Origin: a virus
Taxonomy: Duplodnaviria > Caudoviricetes
IMG/VR virus record: IMGVR_UViG_2974541498_000001
Coordinates: 32,001-96,000 of that record
Length of the DNA: 64,000 nucleotides
Reading direction: 5' to 3' (one strand)
Shown here: in pieces, positions 32,719 through 42,882 of the stretch
Layout: the number at the start of each line of letters is the position of its first letter
Position numbering within the stretch: position 1 is the stretch's first letter
Program-made: the position numbers and the translations under genes
Notes under the pieces: generated by a model
Database searches by the model: none
Told to the model about the DNA's origin: nothing
Seen by the model: the letters and a program-made list of their open reading frames with translations, nothing else

Positions 32719-33222
32719 TTAGAATACCACATGTGTACATACTGGATTAGACGGAAAATGATTGAAATCGTAACTAGCTAATTGTTCCAAATCAGTATCC
32801 CCATCGATAAAAGTAGTAGCCCCTCTAGCAATCATTAAGTTAACCTTTACATCTTTATTATGGGAGAAAGTAACTACAATAGCTGGCTTACCCATAGACC
32901 GCATATAGCCAACTTCAAAGGCCGTACCATCATCCACATTATCTAAATCGTATAGGAATACACCGCAATCAGCAGTTCCCATAGCAGAAAGATCATTTTG
33001 ATAAGTAGCAACCTGCCATTCTAAACTACCAAATACCCCATCTTTATTGTCGATATTAGCATCTTTATATTGGTGGTCAAAAGGAAAATGAACTACCCCA
33101 ACGGTTGGGTTACCTGATAGCAACTCGCTTACTTCTTCTACTCGCTTTTTCTGTTCTTCATTAAACCAAGGAGTTGCTAAGTAAATCTTTGTATCATGAA
33201 ATACTTCTGTTCTTTTATTCAA
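32719..33222 (-). CDS. ndt: nucleoside 2'-deoxyribosyltransferase
   Basis: IYLATPWF, TYQNDL, D.D.GTAFEVGY (catalytic Glu), NLMI. Confidence 0.9.
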   Translation of the reverse strand: MNKRTEVFHDTKIYLATPWFNEEQKKRVEEVSELLSGNPTVGVVHFPFDHQYKDANIDNKDGVFGSLEWQVATYQNDLSAMGTADCGVFLYDLDNVDDGTAFEVGYMRSMGKPAIVVTFSHNKDVKVNLMIARGATTFIDGDTDLEQLASYDFNHFPSNPVCTHVVF

Positions 33223-33322
33223 AATATAATTCCTCTTTTCTTTTTTAATAGTATAACACTGATTATATATTTTGTCTACTATACACTATACTATATTAGA
33301 GACGACAGAATTCGGAGGAAAT

Positions 33323-33688
33323 ATGATGAAAAAAAGTCAATATATGCAAGATCAACTTTGGTTAAGTATTAAGGATTCCTCTAGGGAACATGGTTTTGAA
33401 AATGACTGGATTACAATTGTTAGTTATTATAACTTGTATGAAGGAAAGCATGTACAAGTATATATTAATGATGCGGAAAAGCATGTTAGATACCGAGTAT
33501 TAGCAGTTACTGATGATAACTCCAAAGCGGTATGTTTAAATAAAAATAATGATGTAATCTATATAGATAGAGAAGAAGCTTTCTTATCAAAAAAGCTATT
33601 TATGTATAATGAAAATCCAAAAGAAGAAATCTCCTTGAAAATAAAAGGGGAAGTAAATGGGAGTAATAAAATCTCCTATTATGTATAA
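33323..33688 (+). CDS. conserved phage protein upstream of portal
   Basis: start ATG 33323 after GGAGG; late motif CTATATTA at 33291. Confidence 0.75.
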   Translation: MMKKSQYMQDQLWLSIKDSSREHGFENDWITIVSYYNLYEGKHVQVYINDAEKHVRYRVLAVTDDNSKAVCLNKNNDVIYIDREEAFLSKKLFMYNENPKEEISLKIKGEVNGSNKISYYV

Positions 33689-33699
33689 GAGGTGATTAT

Positions 33700-35409
33700 G
33701 TGAATATTTTTGAAAGACTAACGGGAACAAAATCTCCAAAAGAATCTGGTATATCAAATGACTTTGAACGCGTACCTGATGAAGTCCTTTATAAAAATGC
33801 AGAGTCAGTAATGAAAAGCAATGATATAGTTAAAAAAGGCTTTGGCGGCAGAGATAAAGCTATGAATGAGCCTATGGTATATAACTATGATATTGCTGGA
33901 ATTAACCCATTCTTTAGAGAAAAGCCCGGGGTATCTGGAGCAGGAACGATTAATAATGTTTTAAAGCAATATTCTACCGCTCCTCTTTTTCAAGCAATAT
34001 TAAGTACTCGGTCTGGGCAAGTCAGCCGATATACCCAACCAGTATCCCAGTCTAATGATGGATTAGGATATAGAGTTACTTTAACGGATAGTAGTATTAC
34101 TCCCACGGATAGCCAGCTTAGAACGATTAGAGAAGCTGAACATTTCATTCAATATATGGGCGTTGATGACCCTAGTATGAGTGGTTATAAAAAGCGTGAT
34201 GACTTCGATGACTTCTGTACTAAGCTAATTAGAGATACCTATACTTTCGATCAAGTAAATGCTGAAAAAACTTTTAATACTAAAGGTAAGCTTCATCATA
34301 TTAAAGCAATTGACCCTTCTACAATTTATCGAGCGGTTGATAGGGATTCTGGTAAAATAATTCCAGATAAATATGTACAAGTATTTGATGATAGAATTGT
34401 TAATAAATTTTCTGATGAAGATTTAATTATGGCTATTAGACGACCAAGAACTGATATATATAGTAGTGGTTATGGTCAATCGGAATTGGAAATAGCTTTG
34501 CAACAATTCTTGGCTATGAATAATACTATGATGTTTAATGATCGTTTCTTTAGTCATGGTGGCTCCGTACAAGGGATTATTAATATAAAGCCTACTGCGG
34601 ATACTTCTGGTATTGGTAAGTCAAGAAGGCAACTAGCAGACTTTAGAAGAAACTTTGAAAGCCGAGTAACGGGTGTGGCAAGTAGCTGGCAATACCCAGT
34701 AACTACTGCCGATGATGTTAAGTATGTTAACTTAACCCCTAACGCGCGGGATATGGAATTTGAAAAGTGGATTAACTTCCTAATTAATATTTGCTCATCT
34801 GTATTTAATATTGACCCAGCAGAAGTAGGATTCCCAAATAAAGGGGGTGCCACTGGTAGTAAGTCCAATAGTTTGAATGAAGGAAACTCTAAACAAAAGT
34901 TGCAGGCATCTATGAACAAAGGACTAGCTAGTCTTCTTAGATTTATTGAAAAGGTTATTAATAATGAAATAATTAAGCCTTATTTTGGTAATAATTATCT
35001 GTTCCAATTTGTTGGAGAAGATATCTCTGGGGAAACTGAAAGAGTACAGCTATTAGCAGAAGAAGTTAAAACGTATAGGACTGTTAATGAAATTAGAATA
35101 GAAAAGAATCTTGATCCTATTAAGGGTGGAGATGTGATTCTTAATCAATTTGCTATTCAAAGATTAGGCCAGTTACAACAGGAGAAACAAATAGAGCATC
35201 AATGGCAACAAGAAAAACTAAGTATGCTTTCTTCTGGTCCGCAACCTGATAGTGGATCGGGTATTTCCTTCCAAGATATTCAATCCGGATTAGATGGTAG
35301 CTCCGATAAAGTAAATGGTAAAGATACTTTTAATGGAGTTAAGAATGGGCAAGTAGCTGATAGTACAAGAACCGATAAGATAAACTATGGTGGTAAACCT
35401 GACGAATAA
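33700..35409 (+). CDS. portal protein
   Basis: KLIRDTYTFDQVNAE, YG.SELEIA, FNDRFFSHGG, DMEFEKW.NFLIN, IDPAEVGFPN. Confidence 0.95.
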   Translation: MNIFERLTGTKSPKESGISNDFERVPDEVLYKNAESVMKSNDIVKKGFGGRDKAMNEPMVYNYDIAGINPFFREKPGVSGAGTINNVLKQYSTAPLFQAILSTRSGQVSRYTQPVSQSNDGLGYRVTLTDSSITPTDSQLRTIREAEHFIQYMGVDDPSMSGYKKRDDFDDFCTKLIRDTYTFDQVNAEKTFNTKGKLHHIKAIDPSTIYRAVDRDSGKIIPDKYVQVFDDRIVNKFSDEDLIMAIRRPRTDIYSSGYGQSELEIALQQFLAMNNTMMFNDRFFSHGGSVQGIINIKPTADTSGIGKSRRQLADFRRNFESRVTGVASSWQYPVTTADDVKYVNLTPNARDMEFEKWINFLINICSSVFNIDPAEVGFPNKGGATGSKSNSLNEGNSKQKLQASMNKGLASLLRFIEKVINNEIIKPYFGNNYLFQFVGEDISGETERVQLLAEEVKTYRTVNEIRIEKNLDPIKGGDVILNQFAIQRLGQLQQEKQIEHQWQQEKLSMLSSGPQPDSGSGISFQDIQSGLDGSSDKVNGKDTFNGVKNGQVADSTRTDKINYGGKPDE

Positions 35410-35457
35410 GTAAGCTTACCTATATTATTAATAGAATAAAGAAAGTGGGATATTAAT

Positions 35458-35736
35458 ATGCCTAAAATTAATGTTTTTAAGAAAAACGGTAGTTTAATTC
35501 AAACAGTAGATGTATCAGATGCCTCTAAGGGATTTGATATTACTGGATTAGGTTATAATACCGAGTATCAAGCAAATGATATATTTTTACAATGGGTTAG
35601 TGATGATGGGCGAACTTCTAATAAGGTTCCATTGCCTTCTGGATTTGTTACTGGGGAAGAAAGCGCAACCGTAGCTCCAACTACGGTAACCCCTACTACT
35701 GTAGCTCCTACAACTACTATAAATCCCAGTAAGTAA
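35458..35736 (+). CDS. small Ig/Fn3-like protein with Thr/Pro-rich tail (possible decoration protein)
   Basis: ITGL..NT.Y...S.KVP.P.F.T pattern plus TVAPTTVTPTTVAPTTT. Confidence 0.55.
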   Translation: MPKINVFKKNGSLIQTVDVSDASKGFDITGLGYNTEYQANDIFLQWVSDDGRTSNKVPLPSGFVTGEESATVAPTTVTPTTVAPTTTINPSK

Positions 35737-35749
35737 GGGGGTATAGAAA

Positions 35750-36544
35750 TTGGAAGGATTAAAAGATTCTCAAAAGGTTGATATTGACTTATTCAAAGCG
35801 TATGTACCAATTAGTAAAACAGCATCCTCTGATAGTGAGTGGTATATATCAGGAGTTGCTTCTACTAACACAAAAGATTGGGATGGGGAAATAGTTGACC
35901 CAAGCACCTTAGATATTACTTATCTAATGAAGCAGGGGAAAATAAACTATGAGCATAATAATGAATTAGATCATATTATTGGGGAACCTACTGATAATAC
36001 CTATATTGATAAGTCAGGGCTTCATCTAGAAGCTATGCTATATAAAAATATGCCTTTAGCACAGGATGCTTGGAAATTAGCTAATGCTATGGAAAAGTCC
36101 CATGCTAAACGATCATTAGGATTCTCTATAGAAGGTATTGGTAAGCGATCAGCAAATCCTAATGTATTTTCAAAAGTAAAAGTAATGAATGTTGCTATTA
36201 CCGCTAACCCAGCCAATCCAGATGCTTCTTGGAAAACCTTTAAGAAATCAGTTGATGTTAATAGTGAATTAGCAAAAGCTTATTCTGAAATGTCAACAGA
36301 AACTGGATCAGAAATAAATCCAAGTGATATGCAAGGAATTTCTAGTTTTCGTAAGGAAGACTTACCGGGGGCACTTACAACATTAACTTATGCAATGAAA
36401 AGTGAAAATTGTTCAGAACTGCTAAATTATGCTCAGAAGGCCCTAGAAGATAGTGGAAATATTACTAAAGATGTTAAGCAATTAATTCTGCAAGTTGGCC
36501 GAGGAGTATCCAAAGAAACAGCTAAAAATTTTCTAGATGAATAA
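35750..36544 (+). CDS. prohead protease
   Basis: GVAST...D..GE, INYEH, LGFSIEG, VAITANPANP.A.W. Confidence 0.92.
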   Translation: MEGLKDSQKVDIDLFKAYVPISKTASSDSEWYISGVASTNTKDWDGEIVDPSTLDITYLMKQGKINYEHNNELDHIIGEPTDNTYIDKSGLHLEAMLYKNMPLAQDAWKLANAMEKSHAKRSLGFSIEGIGKRSANPNVFSKVKVMNVAITANPANPDASWKTFKKSVDVNSELAKAYSEMSTETGSEINPSDMQGISSFRKEDLPGALTTLTYAMKSENCSELLNYAQKALEDSGNITKDVKQLILQVGRGVSKETAKNFLDE

Positions 36545-36549
36545 GAAAG

Positions 36550-37416
36550 GTGACTACCACAATGGCAAAGTCTGTACTATCAGAATTTGATGAAGAATTA
36601 AATAAGAGTGAAGAAACTGTTGACAAAAATGAGGCAGGTAATGTAGAAGAAACTGCTGAAGAGGAAAAGGATAATAAGAAGGAGGTTTCTGGTAAAGAAT
36701 TGGAAGACAAGACAAATAAGAAAGATGCTAAAGAATCCGGCGATAGTGCATCTGTAAATAAGAGTAAAGTCGCTTTATCCGCAGAAAATGTAAAAGAAAT
36801 TATTAAGTCAGTTGTTACAGAAACTCTCGCAGAACAAAATGAAGAATTAGCAAAAAGTGTAAAGGGATTGGCAACTTCTGAACAATTAGATAAGACTATT
36901 GGCGTTTTTGCTAAAGCATATAGTGCTATGAAAGAACTTAATGAAAACATTGAAAAGAATGTTAACAAGTCTCTTGAAGATAACGTTAATAAGTCAATTA
37001 AGGATTCCCTAGCAGATATTTCAGAAAAGCTAGAAAAGTCTGCTGAAGATTCTACCTTGCTTACTGCTGAGGGCAAGTTAGCTAAATCTACGGACGTATC
37101 AGATGATGATAAGGCTGTAGACTATGTTGCTAAGAGTGCCTCTGAAACACCTAATGATGATGTTGAAGCGCCTAAAGATACGCCGGATGATAAAGAAGAA
37201 GTAGAGAAGAGTACGGTTAACCGGTTAGACTTGCTGGAAAGATATAATTCTCGAATGAAGAATGACATTTCTAAGGGAGTTTACGCCGCTTCTCCTGATA
37301 AGATGCAAGTAATCAAGAGTATTGGATCTTCACTGGCATTTAACCGGTTAGGTAGCGAAGATGAACTTGAATTTGCTAAGAATTATGCTGATGGTGGAAA
37401 TGTTACTTTAGAGTAA
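36550..37416 (+). CDS. capsid scaffold-like protein
   Basis: acidic coiled coil with repeated KS sites, between protease and capsid. Confidence 0.75.
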   Translation: MTTTMAKSVLSEFDEELNKSEETVDKNEAGNVEETAEEEKDNKKEVSGKELEDKTNKKDAKESGDSASVNKSKVALSAENVKEIIKSVVTETLAEQNEELAKSVKGLATSEQLDKTIGVFAKAYSAMKELNENIEKNVNKSLEDNVNKSIKDSLADISEKLEKSAEDSTLLTAEGKLAKSTDVSDDDKAVDYVAKSASETPNDDVEAPKDTPDDKEEVEKSTVNRLDLLERYNSRMKNDISKGVYAASPDKMQVIKSIGSSLAFNRLGSEDELEFAKNYADGGNVTLE

Positions 37417-37484
37417 TTCGTATATGAATTAGTAATACTATATTAATTATAGAACATTAAAAAAGGATAATAGGTGATAAATTA

Positions 37485-38945
37485 ATGAGTGATGCAATTT
37501 TTAAGAGTAAATATACTCCTACAAAAACACAATTAGACCATTTGCAAGGAATGGCTGGTCCTAATGAAGATGTTACTAAGTCATTTGAAACAGGAACTGA
37601 AATTAATCCTGCAAACATGACCCAAGCGGCCGCTCTTCGTACTGAATTCTTGGCACCACGTTTAAGTCAATTGTCTTTTGGGTCAGAACAAATGGTATTC
37701 TTTAATATGATTCCTAAGATGCCAGCAAGTTCTACGGTAGCCCAATATATCACATTTGACCAACATGGGGAGACTGGGCACACTGCATGGGATACTGAAG
37801 CTGGTATCTCTGATGTTAAGGACCCAGATATCTCACGTAAGAGTGTTGTTATGAAGTTCGCTTCACATACTCGTCAAGTATCGTTGGTTGCGGAAGAAGT
37901 TAACAACGTTGAATCTCCTATTGATGTATTGACCGATGATGCTATTGTATCTATGGCCCGTACGATTGAACAAGGTAGCTTGTATGGTGACTCCAGTTTG
38001 TCTGCTGTCGGTGAAAAAGATGGTCTTGAACCAGATGGACTTGTTAAGTGGATTCCAGATGAAAACGTTATTGATTTACATGGAGCTACTATTGACATTG
38101 ATAGCTTTAACGATGCGGCTATTCGTATCCTGAAGTCTTATGGTAACCCTACTGCCGCATTTATGCCAAATGGTGTTCTTGCTTACTTTAACAACAACAA
38201 CAAGAATATCCAACGTCAATTCGTTAATACTGTAACGGGTGAAAACCAAATTAGCCTTGGTGTTAACATCAAGTCTGTTACTACCGTTGGTGGTGACATT
38301 CGGTTAGTTGGGTCAAACGTTATGGAAAATGACAACTTCCTGAACACTCGTAACTTAGGTAAGGGTGGCGCTCCTATGGCTCCTACTGTTACCGCAGAAA
38401 AGGTTGCCGGTGATGCTAAGGTATTTGGCCAATTTACAGACGGCGATGTTGCTACCGGCGCAACCTATAAGGTAGTTACGTATGCTGATAAGTCCGGTTC
38501 TCGTCCATCGGCTCCAGCAGTTGTTCCTTTGACTGACAAGACTGATACGGTTAAGTTGACTATCAACGTTCCTGATACGTATAATGATAAGCCACAATAT
38601 GTAGCTATTTACCGTACGGACGCTAAGACAGGTCAGGATTACCTAATCAAGAAGATTGGTCTTTATCAAGCGGTAGAAGCTGATGATGGTCAAAGCCAAG
38701 TTATTACCTTTACTGATACTAACGCGGTAATGCCTGGAACTACAGATGTCTTTGTTGGGGATATGTCTCCACAAGTAATTCGTTTGTATGAATTCTTACC
38801 AATGTTCCGTCTCCCATTGCCTTCCATGAACAAGCTTATTCAATGGTCTGTTGTATGGTCTGGTGGTTTAGCTGTTCTTGCACCTAACCGTTGGGTTCGG
38901 ATTACTAACGTTGGCTACAACGCCGTAACTCCTGTTCATATGTAA
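37485..38945 (+). CDS. major capsid protein
   Basis: KSF.TG..I.P.....AALR.EFL, STVAQY..F..HG..GH, DDAI...ARTIE...YGD, GLE.DGL.K. Confidence 0.95.
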   Translation: MSDAIFKSKYTPTKTQLDHLQGMAGPNEDVTKSFETGTEINPANMTQAAALRTEFLAPRLSQLSFGSEQMVFFNMIPKMPASSTVAQYITFDQHGETGHTAWDTEAGISDVKDPDISRKSVVMKFASHTRQVSLVAEEVNNVESPIDVLTDDAIVSMARTIEQGSLYGDSSLSAVGEKDGLEPDGLVKWIPDENVIDLHGATIDIDSFNDAAIRILKSYGNPTAAFMPNGVLAYFNNNNKNIQRQFVNTVTGENQISLGVNIKSVTTVGGDIRLVGSNVMENDNFLNTRNLGKGGAPMAPTVTAEKVAGDAKVFGQFTDGDVATGATYKVVTYADKSGSRPSAPAVVPLTDKTDTVKLTINVPDTYNDKPQYVAIYRTDAKTGQDYLIKKIGLYQAVEADDGQSQVITFTDTNAVMPGTTDVFVGDMSPQVIRLYEFLPMFRLPLPSMNKLIQWSVVWSGGLAVLAPNRWVRITNVGYNAVTPVHM

Positions 38946-38956
38946 TATTATACGAT

Positions 38957-38985
38957 AAAGGGCTAGTGTTTACTAGCTCTTTTTT
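38957..38985 (+). terminator. intrinsic terminator after capsid gene
   Basis: AAAGGGCTAGT-GTTT-ACTAGCTCTTTTTT. Confidence 0.8.
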
Positions 38986-39022
38986 ATTGCACTAAATTAT
39001 ATCTAGCAAGAAAAACGAAAGG

Positions 39023-39289
39023 ATGCTAATTAAAATGATTATTAATAAATTCAATCCAAATGTTGATATATTTACAGAGGAAGGGGTCTTACATCTGGAT
39101 AAAGAAGGTAAGGGTAAGGGAACCGCTAAAGTAGAAAATATTGTATCAAAATTATCTGGATATACCTTAGTAAAAGAAAATAAGCCTACGGTAAAAGAAA
39201 ATAAGACTGCTGTAAAAGAAGAAAATAAAACAACAAAACGGGCAACTACTACTAAGAAAAGGGCCACCTCATCTAAAAAGGAGGAATAA
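39023..39289 (+). CDS. small basic virion-associated protein
   Basis: 88 aa, K/E/T-rich tail, conserved position after capsid. Confidence 0.6.
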   Translation: MLIKMIINKFNPNVDIFTEEGVLHLDKEGKGKGTAKVENIVSKLSGYTLVKENKPTVKENKTAVKEENKTTKRATTTKKRATSSKKEE

Positions 39290-39291
39290 CT

Positions 39292-40197
39292 ATGCCAGCA
39301 ACAGATCCAACAAATATTAATGCTTCGCCATATGGGCCAAATAATCCAAAGAGAATTGATGTTGACCAAATAGAAAAGCTAGTATTATCGGATTATGGTC
39401 TAACTCCTTCTGCTATAAAAGCATACATGTTTGGTATTAGGGTAATAGATGAAAATACTGGTGAAGAAATGCCAGATGACTTTTACTGGCAAATATTAAG
39501 TACGCAAGTATCAGAAGTTCAACATATGCTAGATATTCAAATATTACCAATGTCTGTTCAAAATGAAGTACATGACTACTATGAAAATGACGCGAATGCT
39601 TATAATAGAGTAGATACCTTTAAACGTCCTATTCTTCAACTAGATAGCTTTAAATTAAAATTTGGTAATCAGCCTCTAATTGATTTTGACCCTCAATGGT
39701 GGAAAATATATAACATAGAGGGAGAAATAGAAGTTTATCCTCTTAATTATGCTAGTATTGGTGCCGGACCTATGGGTGGTGGAAACCCATCTATTTCTGG
39801 ATTGACACAATTATATATGTCTAATTATGTTAGTTATCCTATGTATAGAAATCAGACATCTGCTCCCCAAGCATATAGTATTGATTACGTTGCAGGAATG
39901 CTTCCACCTAAAAGAGTAGGAGTAACGCAAGATTGGGAAATGCCAGCAGATTTACAACAGCTAATCCTATATAAATGTCTCAACCAAGTATTTATGCAAT
40001 GGGGCCGATTATTGGGTGTTGGTGCTGGTATTGCAAGTAAAGAGTTATCTATAGATGGAATTAGGCAAAACATTGTAACCACACAATCTGCAATGTATAC
40101 CGGATCTCGTGCCGATATTGATGTTATCAATGATGAGATAAAAGGCTTAACCGCAAGTTTGAAATCCTTCTATGGAAATTCCTATACGTCTGTTTAG
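39292..40197 (+). CDS. head-tail adaptor/neck protein
   Basis: PY..NNPK.I, DYGLT..AIKAYMFG, APQ....DYVAGMLPP, GAGIAS..LSIDGI. Confidence 0.8.
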   Translation: MPATDPTNINASPYGPNNPKRIDVDQIEKLVLSDYGLTPSAIKAYMFGIRVIDENTGEEMPDDFYWQILSTQVSEVQHMLDIQILPMSVQNEVHDYYENDANAYNRVDTFKRPILQLDSFKLKFGNQPLIDFDPQWWKIYNIEGEIEVYPLNYASIGAGPMGGGNPSISGLTQLYMSNYVSYPMYRNQTSAPQAYSIDYVAGMLPPKRVGVTQDWEMPADLQQLILYKCLNQVFMQWGRLLGVGAGIASKELSIDGIRQNIVTTQSAMYTGSRADIDVINDEIKGLTASLKSFYGNSYTSV

Positions 40198-40208
40198 GAG
40201 GATAATAT

Positions 40209-41174
40209 ATGACACAATATGATGAAAGTCAACCAGTAAACTTTGGTAAGTCATCTTCCGATAATACCCAAGGTGAACCCGTTAAGTTTAATGATTTAGG
40301 AATATCTAGTAATTCAACAAATGCTATTAAAAATGTTATTCATTCTAAGAATGAAAATTCCCAAACAGGGGGTACGGATAGCCCTCATAATTTAGGTAAT
40401 AACACAAATGTTGAATTCGATATCTCACAAATATTCGATCTTATTAATAAAACTGGATATCATGCAAAGTGGGAAAGATGCTTCTTGTGTACTTGTGTAA
40501 ACTCTTCTACAGGTATTCCTAAGTCTGATTGCCCTATATGCCACGGTAGCGGAATAGCGTACCTTCCTGCCACTGATTTGTCTATTACCATACAATCACA
40601 AGGGAAAGGCGTAAAGTATCAAGATATTGGTCTGATGGACTCAGGGAGTGCCCTAGGAACTGTCCAAGTAAATCAATATGTTAGCTTTAGAGATAGAATA
40701 TCTATTCCCGATCAAATGCTTGTACAATCTTATTTATTTAATATGGATGATAATAGAATGAAATATGGTATGAGAATACCTTATTCAGTTGCTAAGTTTA
40801 TGCTTGTTAAAAACTCTAATAATGAAGACTTAGTAGAAGGAGTAGACTTCTCATATAATAAAGATACTCATTTCTTTAAACCACTATCAAATAAAGTCTA
40901 TTCTGGGGTTAATATATCTATGAATATTCTAGTAGAGCTAAGATATATTGTAGTTGATTTATTAAAGCAGGCTAGATACCAGTATACTCAAAGTGAAATG
41001 CCTTCAGGTACTGCTAAATTTGATAGACTCCCTCAATATATTCTTTTAAAAAGAGAAGATGCATGGATAGGAAATGTTAGTTTTACTGGTACTTCTACGG
41101 TAGATAAAACAGGTATAGTAGATCCTAAACGCTCTATGGATACTAATAGCACTCTTAAAGGATTTGGTTTCTGA
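40209..41174 (+). CDS. head completion (stopper) protein
   Basis: WE...LC.C....C..CHG.G.AYLP; synteny. Confidence 0.75.
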   Translation: MTQYDESQPVNFGKSSSDNTQGEPVKFNDLGISSNSTNAIKNVIHSKNENSQTGGTDSPHNLGNNTNVEFDISQIFDLINKTGYHAKWERCFLCTCVNSSTGIPKSDCPICHGSGIAYLPATDLSITIQSQGKGVKYQDIGLMDSGSALGTVQVNQYVSFRDRISIPDQMLVQSYLFNMDDNRMKYGMRIPYSVAKFMLVKNSNNEDLVEGVDFSYNKDTHFFKPLSNKVYSGVNISMNILVELRYIVVDLLKQARYQYTQSEMPSGTAKFDRLPQYILLKREDAWIGNVSFTGTSTVDKTGIVDPKRSMDTNSTLKGFGF

Positions 41175-41788
41175 TGGAAGAAATACCAGGATTATTTAAA
41201 GAACCTAAAAAGTATTTAGACGCCCTAGGAAGTTCAATATCTAACAGTATTATTAATGAAGTTGGAAAAGCTTCCATAGATGAAGGGGCAGATTCTTATC
41301 AAGTAGAGCCTAATTACCTATCAGTAACAGCACATAGAGTTAATAACTTAGGAATACTTGATTTAAAGCCATATTTTGAAAGTAGTCCCTTTGTTAAAAC
41401 TACTAAAGATGGTGGCTGGTATTTAAGAGTTCCTATTAGACGATTAACTTCTGGAATGTCTTCACAATTATATAAAGAAGCGAGACAAATTGAATTACAA
41501 TCCGATCAAACTATGAAAACCGCTTGGATAAATTCCTTATATTCCGGAAGACAAGAATCTTCTATTGCCTCTTTAAACTATACACCAGTATCTAATAACT
41601 TAACGAGAATTAAAAATGATGCAGGTAGCGGTACTAAATATATTGCCTTTAGAACGGTATCAAACAAGTCTAATCCAGCTAGTTGGATTCTTAATAGAGG
41701 TCAAGCAACAGAAGATAATATGAGTAAGACTTTATTAAAGAACTTAGATAGATTAATTAGCTATCGACTACAACATTTAAATGACTAG
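41174..41788 (+). CDS. neck/tail completion protein
   Basis: DLKPYF..S...K..K.GGWYL.VPIR, YIAFRTVS.KS...SWILNR. Confidence 0.7.
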   Translation: MEEIPGLFKEPKKYLDALGSSISNSIINEVGKASIDEGADSYQVEPNYLSVTAHRVNNLGILDLKPYFESSPFVKTTKDGGWYLRVPIRRLTSGMSSQLYKEARQIELQSDQTMKTAWINSLYSGRQESSIASLNYTPVSNNLTRIKNDAGSGTKYIAFRTVSNKSNPASWILNRGQATEDNMSKTLLKNLDRLISYRLQHLND

Positions 41789-41805
41789 GTAAAGGAGGTA
41801 ATCTA

Positions 41806-42699
41806 TTGACTAATATTGCTTCACAAGATACATTCATTAAACAAAATATAGAAAATAGAATAAATGCCGTAATAGCTAGTGGATCTTCTAATTCTAAGAA
41901 CTATATTATAACTGAGGCATTAAAAAACATAGAATCCGATGTCTCGGAAAGCTTTATAAACACCTATTGCGGAGACAATCCAAGCAATCAAATAGAAGTT
42001 AGTTACTCGTTCCCTCAAAATCGAGAAAACTTAGACGCTTTGGTAATTGTCAATGCGGGTGCTATGACCGAAGATGATAAAAGCTTAGGAGACAACTATA
42101 GTTCTTATAATTCTAGAGGTACTGGATTATCTACAGAAACAGCAAAAGTTCAATACGATATAGATAATGATATTTACTTCATAGAAACATCAGAACCTGT
42201 TAGTGAATTCGTTAAATGTGATGTCTTCAGTCAAGGAATAGTATTAACAGATGAAAAGTATCTATATCAAAATAAGTTGTTCCTTAGTTCCGGGGCAAAA
42301 CCTGCTTTAGGTGTTGATGTTACATTCTCATATATTCCTTTAATTGAAGGGTCTAATAGTCAGGATATGGCAGGATATAATATTGGATTTAATGCCACAG
42401 AGACAACAACAGTCTCTATCGTATCTAACCATATAGATACCCTTCGTTGTTTATCTGCTATTGTTGCCTTCTCTCTAATATCATTAAGAGCTACTAATGA
42501 ACAAGATGACATATTTGCTATTCAAACTATTAGTAAAAAAGGTCTTAGTACTATCCAAGATACATTTGGGATAAAGAATGTTGATGAGAAGCCTTTATAC
42601 GCTATTCAATATTCTTTAAATACTAAATCAACCTATTCTATTAGTTATAATGACGTTAATGCAATTAAAGAATTAGAAATAAATTTAAGGAGCGAATAA
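41806..42699 (+). CDS. tail terminator-like protein
   Basis: synteny before sheath; SN..DT.RCL motif. Confidence 0.65.
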   Translation: MTNIASQDTFIKQNIENRINAVIASGSSNSKNYIITEALKNIESDVSESFINTYCGDNPSNQIEVSYSFPQNRENLDALVIVNAGAMTEDDKSLGDNYSSYNSRGTGLSTETAKVQYDIDNDIYFIETSEPVSEFVKCDVFSQGIVLTDEKYLYQNKLFLSSGAKPALGVDVTFSYIPLIEGSNSQDMAGYNIGFNATETTTVSIVSNHIDTLRCLSAIVAFSLISLRATNEQDDIFAIQTISKKGLSTIQDTFGIKNVDEKPLYAIQYSLNTKSTYSISYNDVNAIKELEINLRSE

Positions 42700-42701
42700 T
42701 T

Positions 42702-42866
42702 ATGGAATATATGAGCATTGATACTTTCTTAGAATCAGCTAAATACTTATATCCCCTATCGGATTCAGAAAAGGCTAATTTTAAGCGCAGGATGAAAGGT
42801 AACTGGTATATGAAGTCGGAAGAAGATTTCTTACCACACCTTAAAGATTTTATTAAAAACAAGTAA
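42702..42866 (+). CDS. small conserved protein before sheath (not in ORF track)
   Basis: 54 aa MEYMSIDTFLESAK...FKRRMKG..Y...EEDFLPHL; AAGGAG RBS. Confidence 0.75.
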   Translation: MEYMSIDTFLESAKYLYPLSDSEKANFKRRMKGNWYMKSEEDFLPHLKDFIKNK

Positions 42867-42882
42867 AGAGAGGTAATAATAA

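Noticed and set aside
36522-37076. 184-aa minus-strand ORF, and similar antisense or nested ORFs (e.g. 4086, 5723, 34554, 38992, 42665, 48427, 54211, 58217)
   Set aside because: Shadows of well-supported genes on the other strand, low complexity, no RBS.
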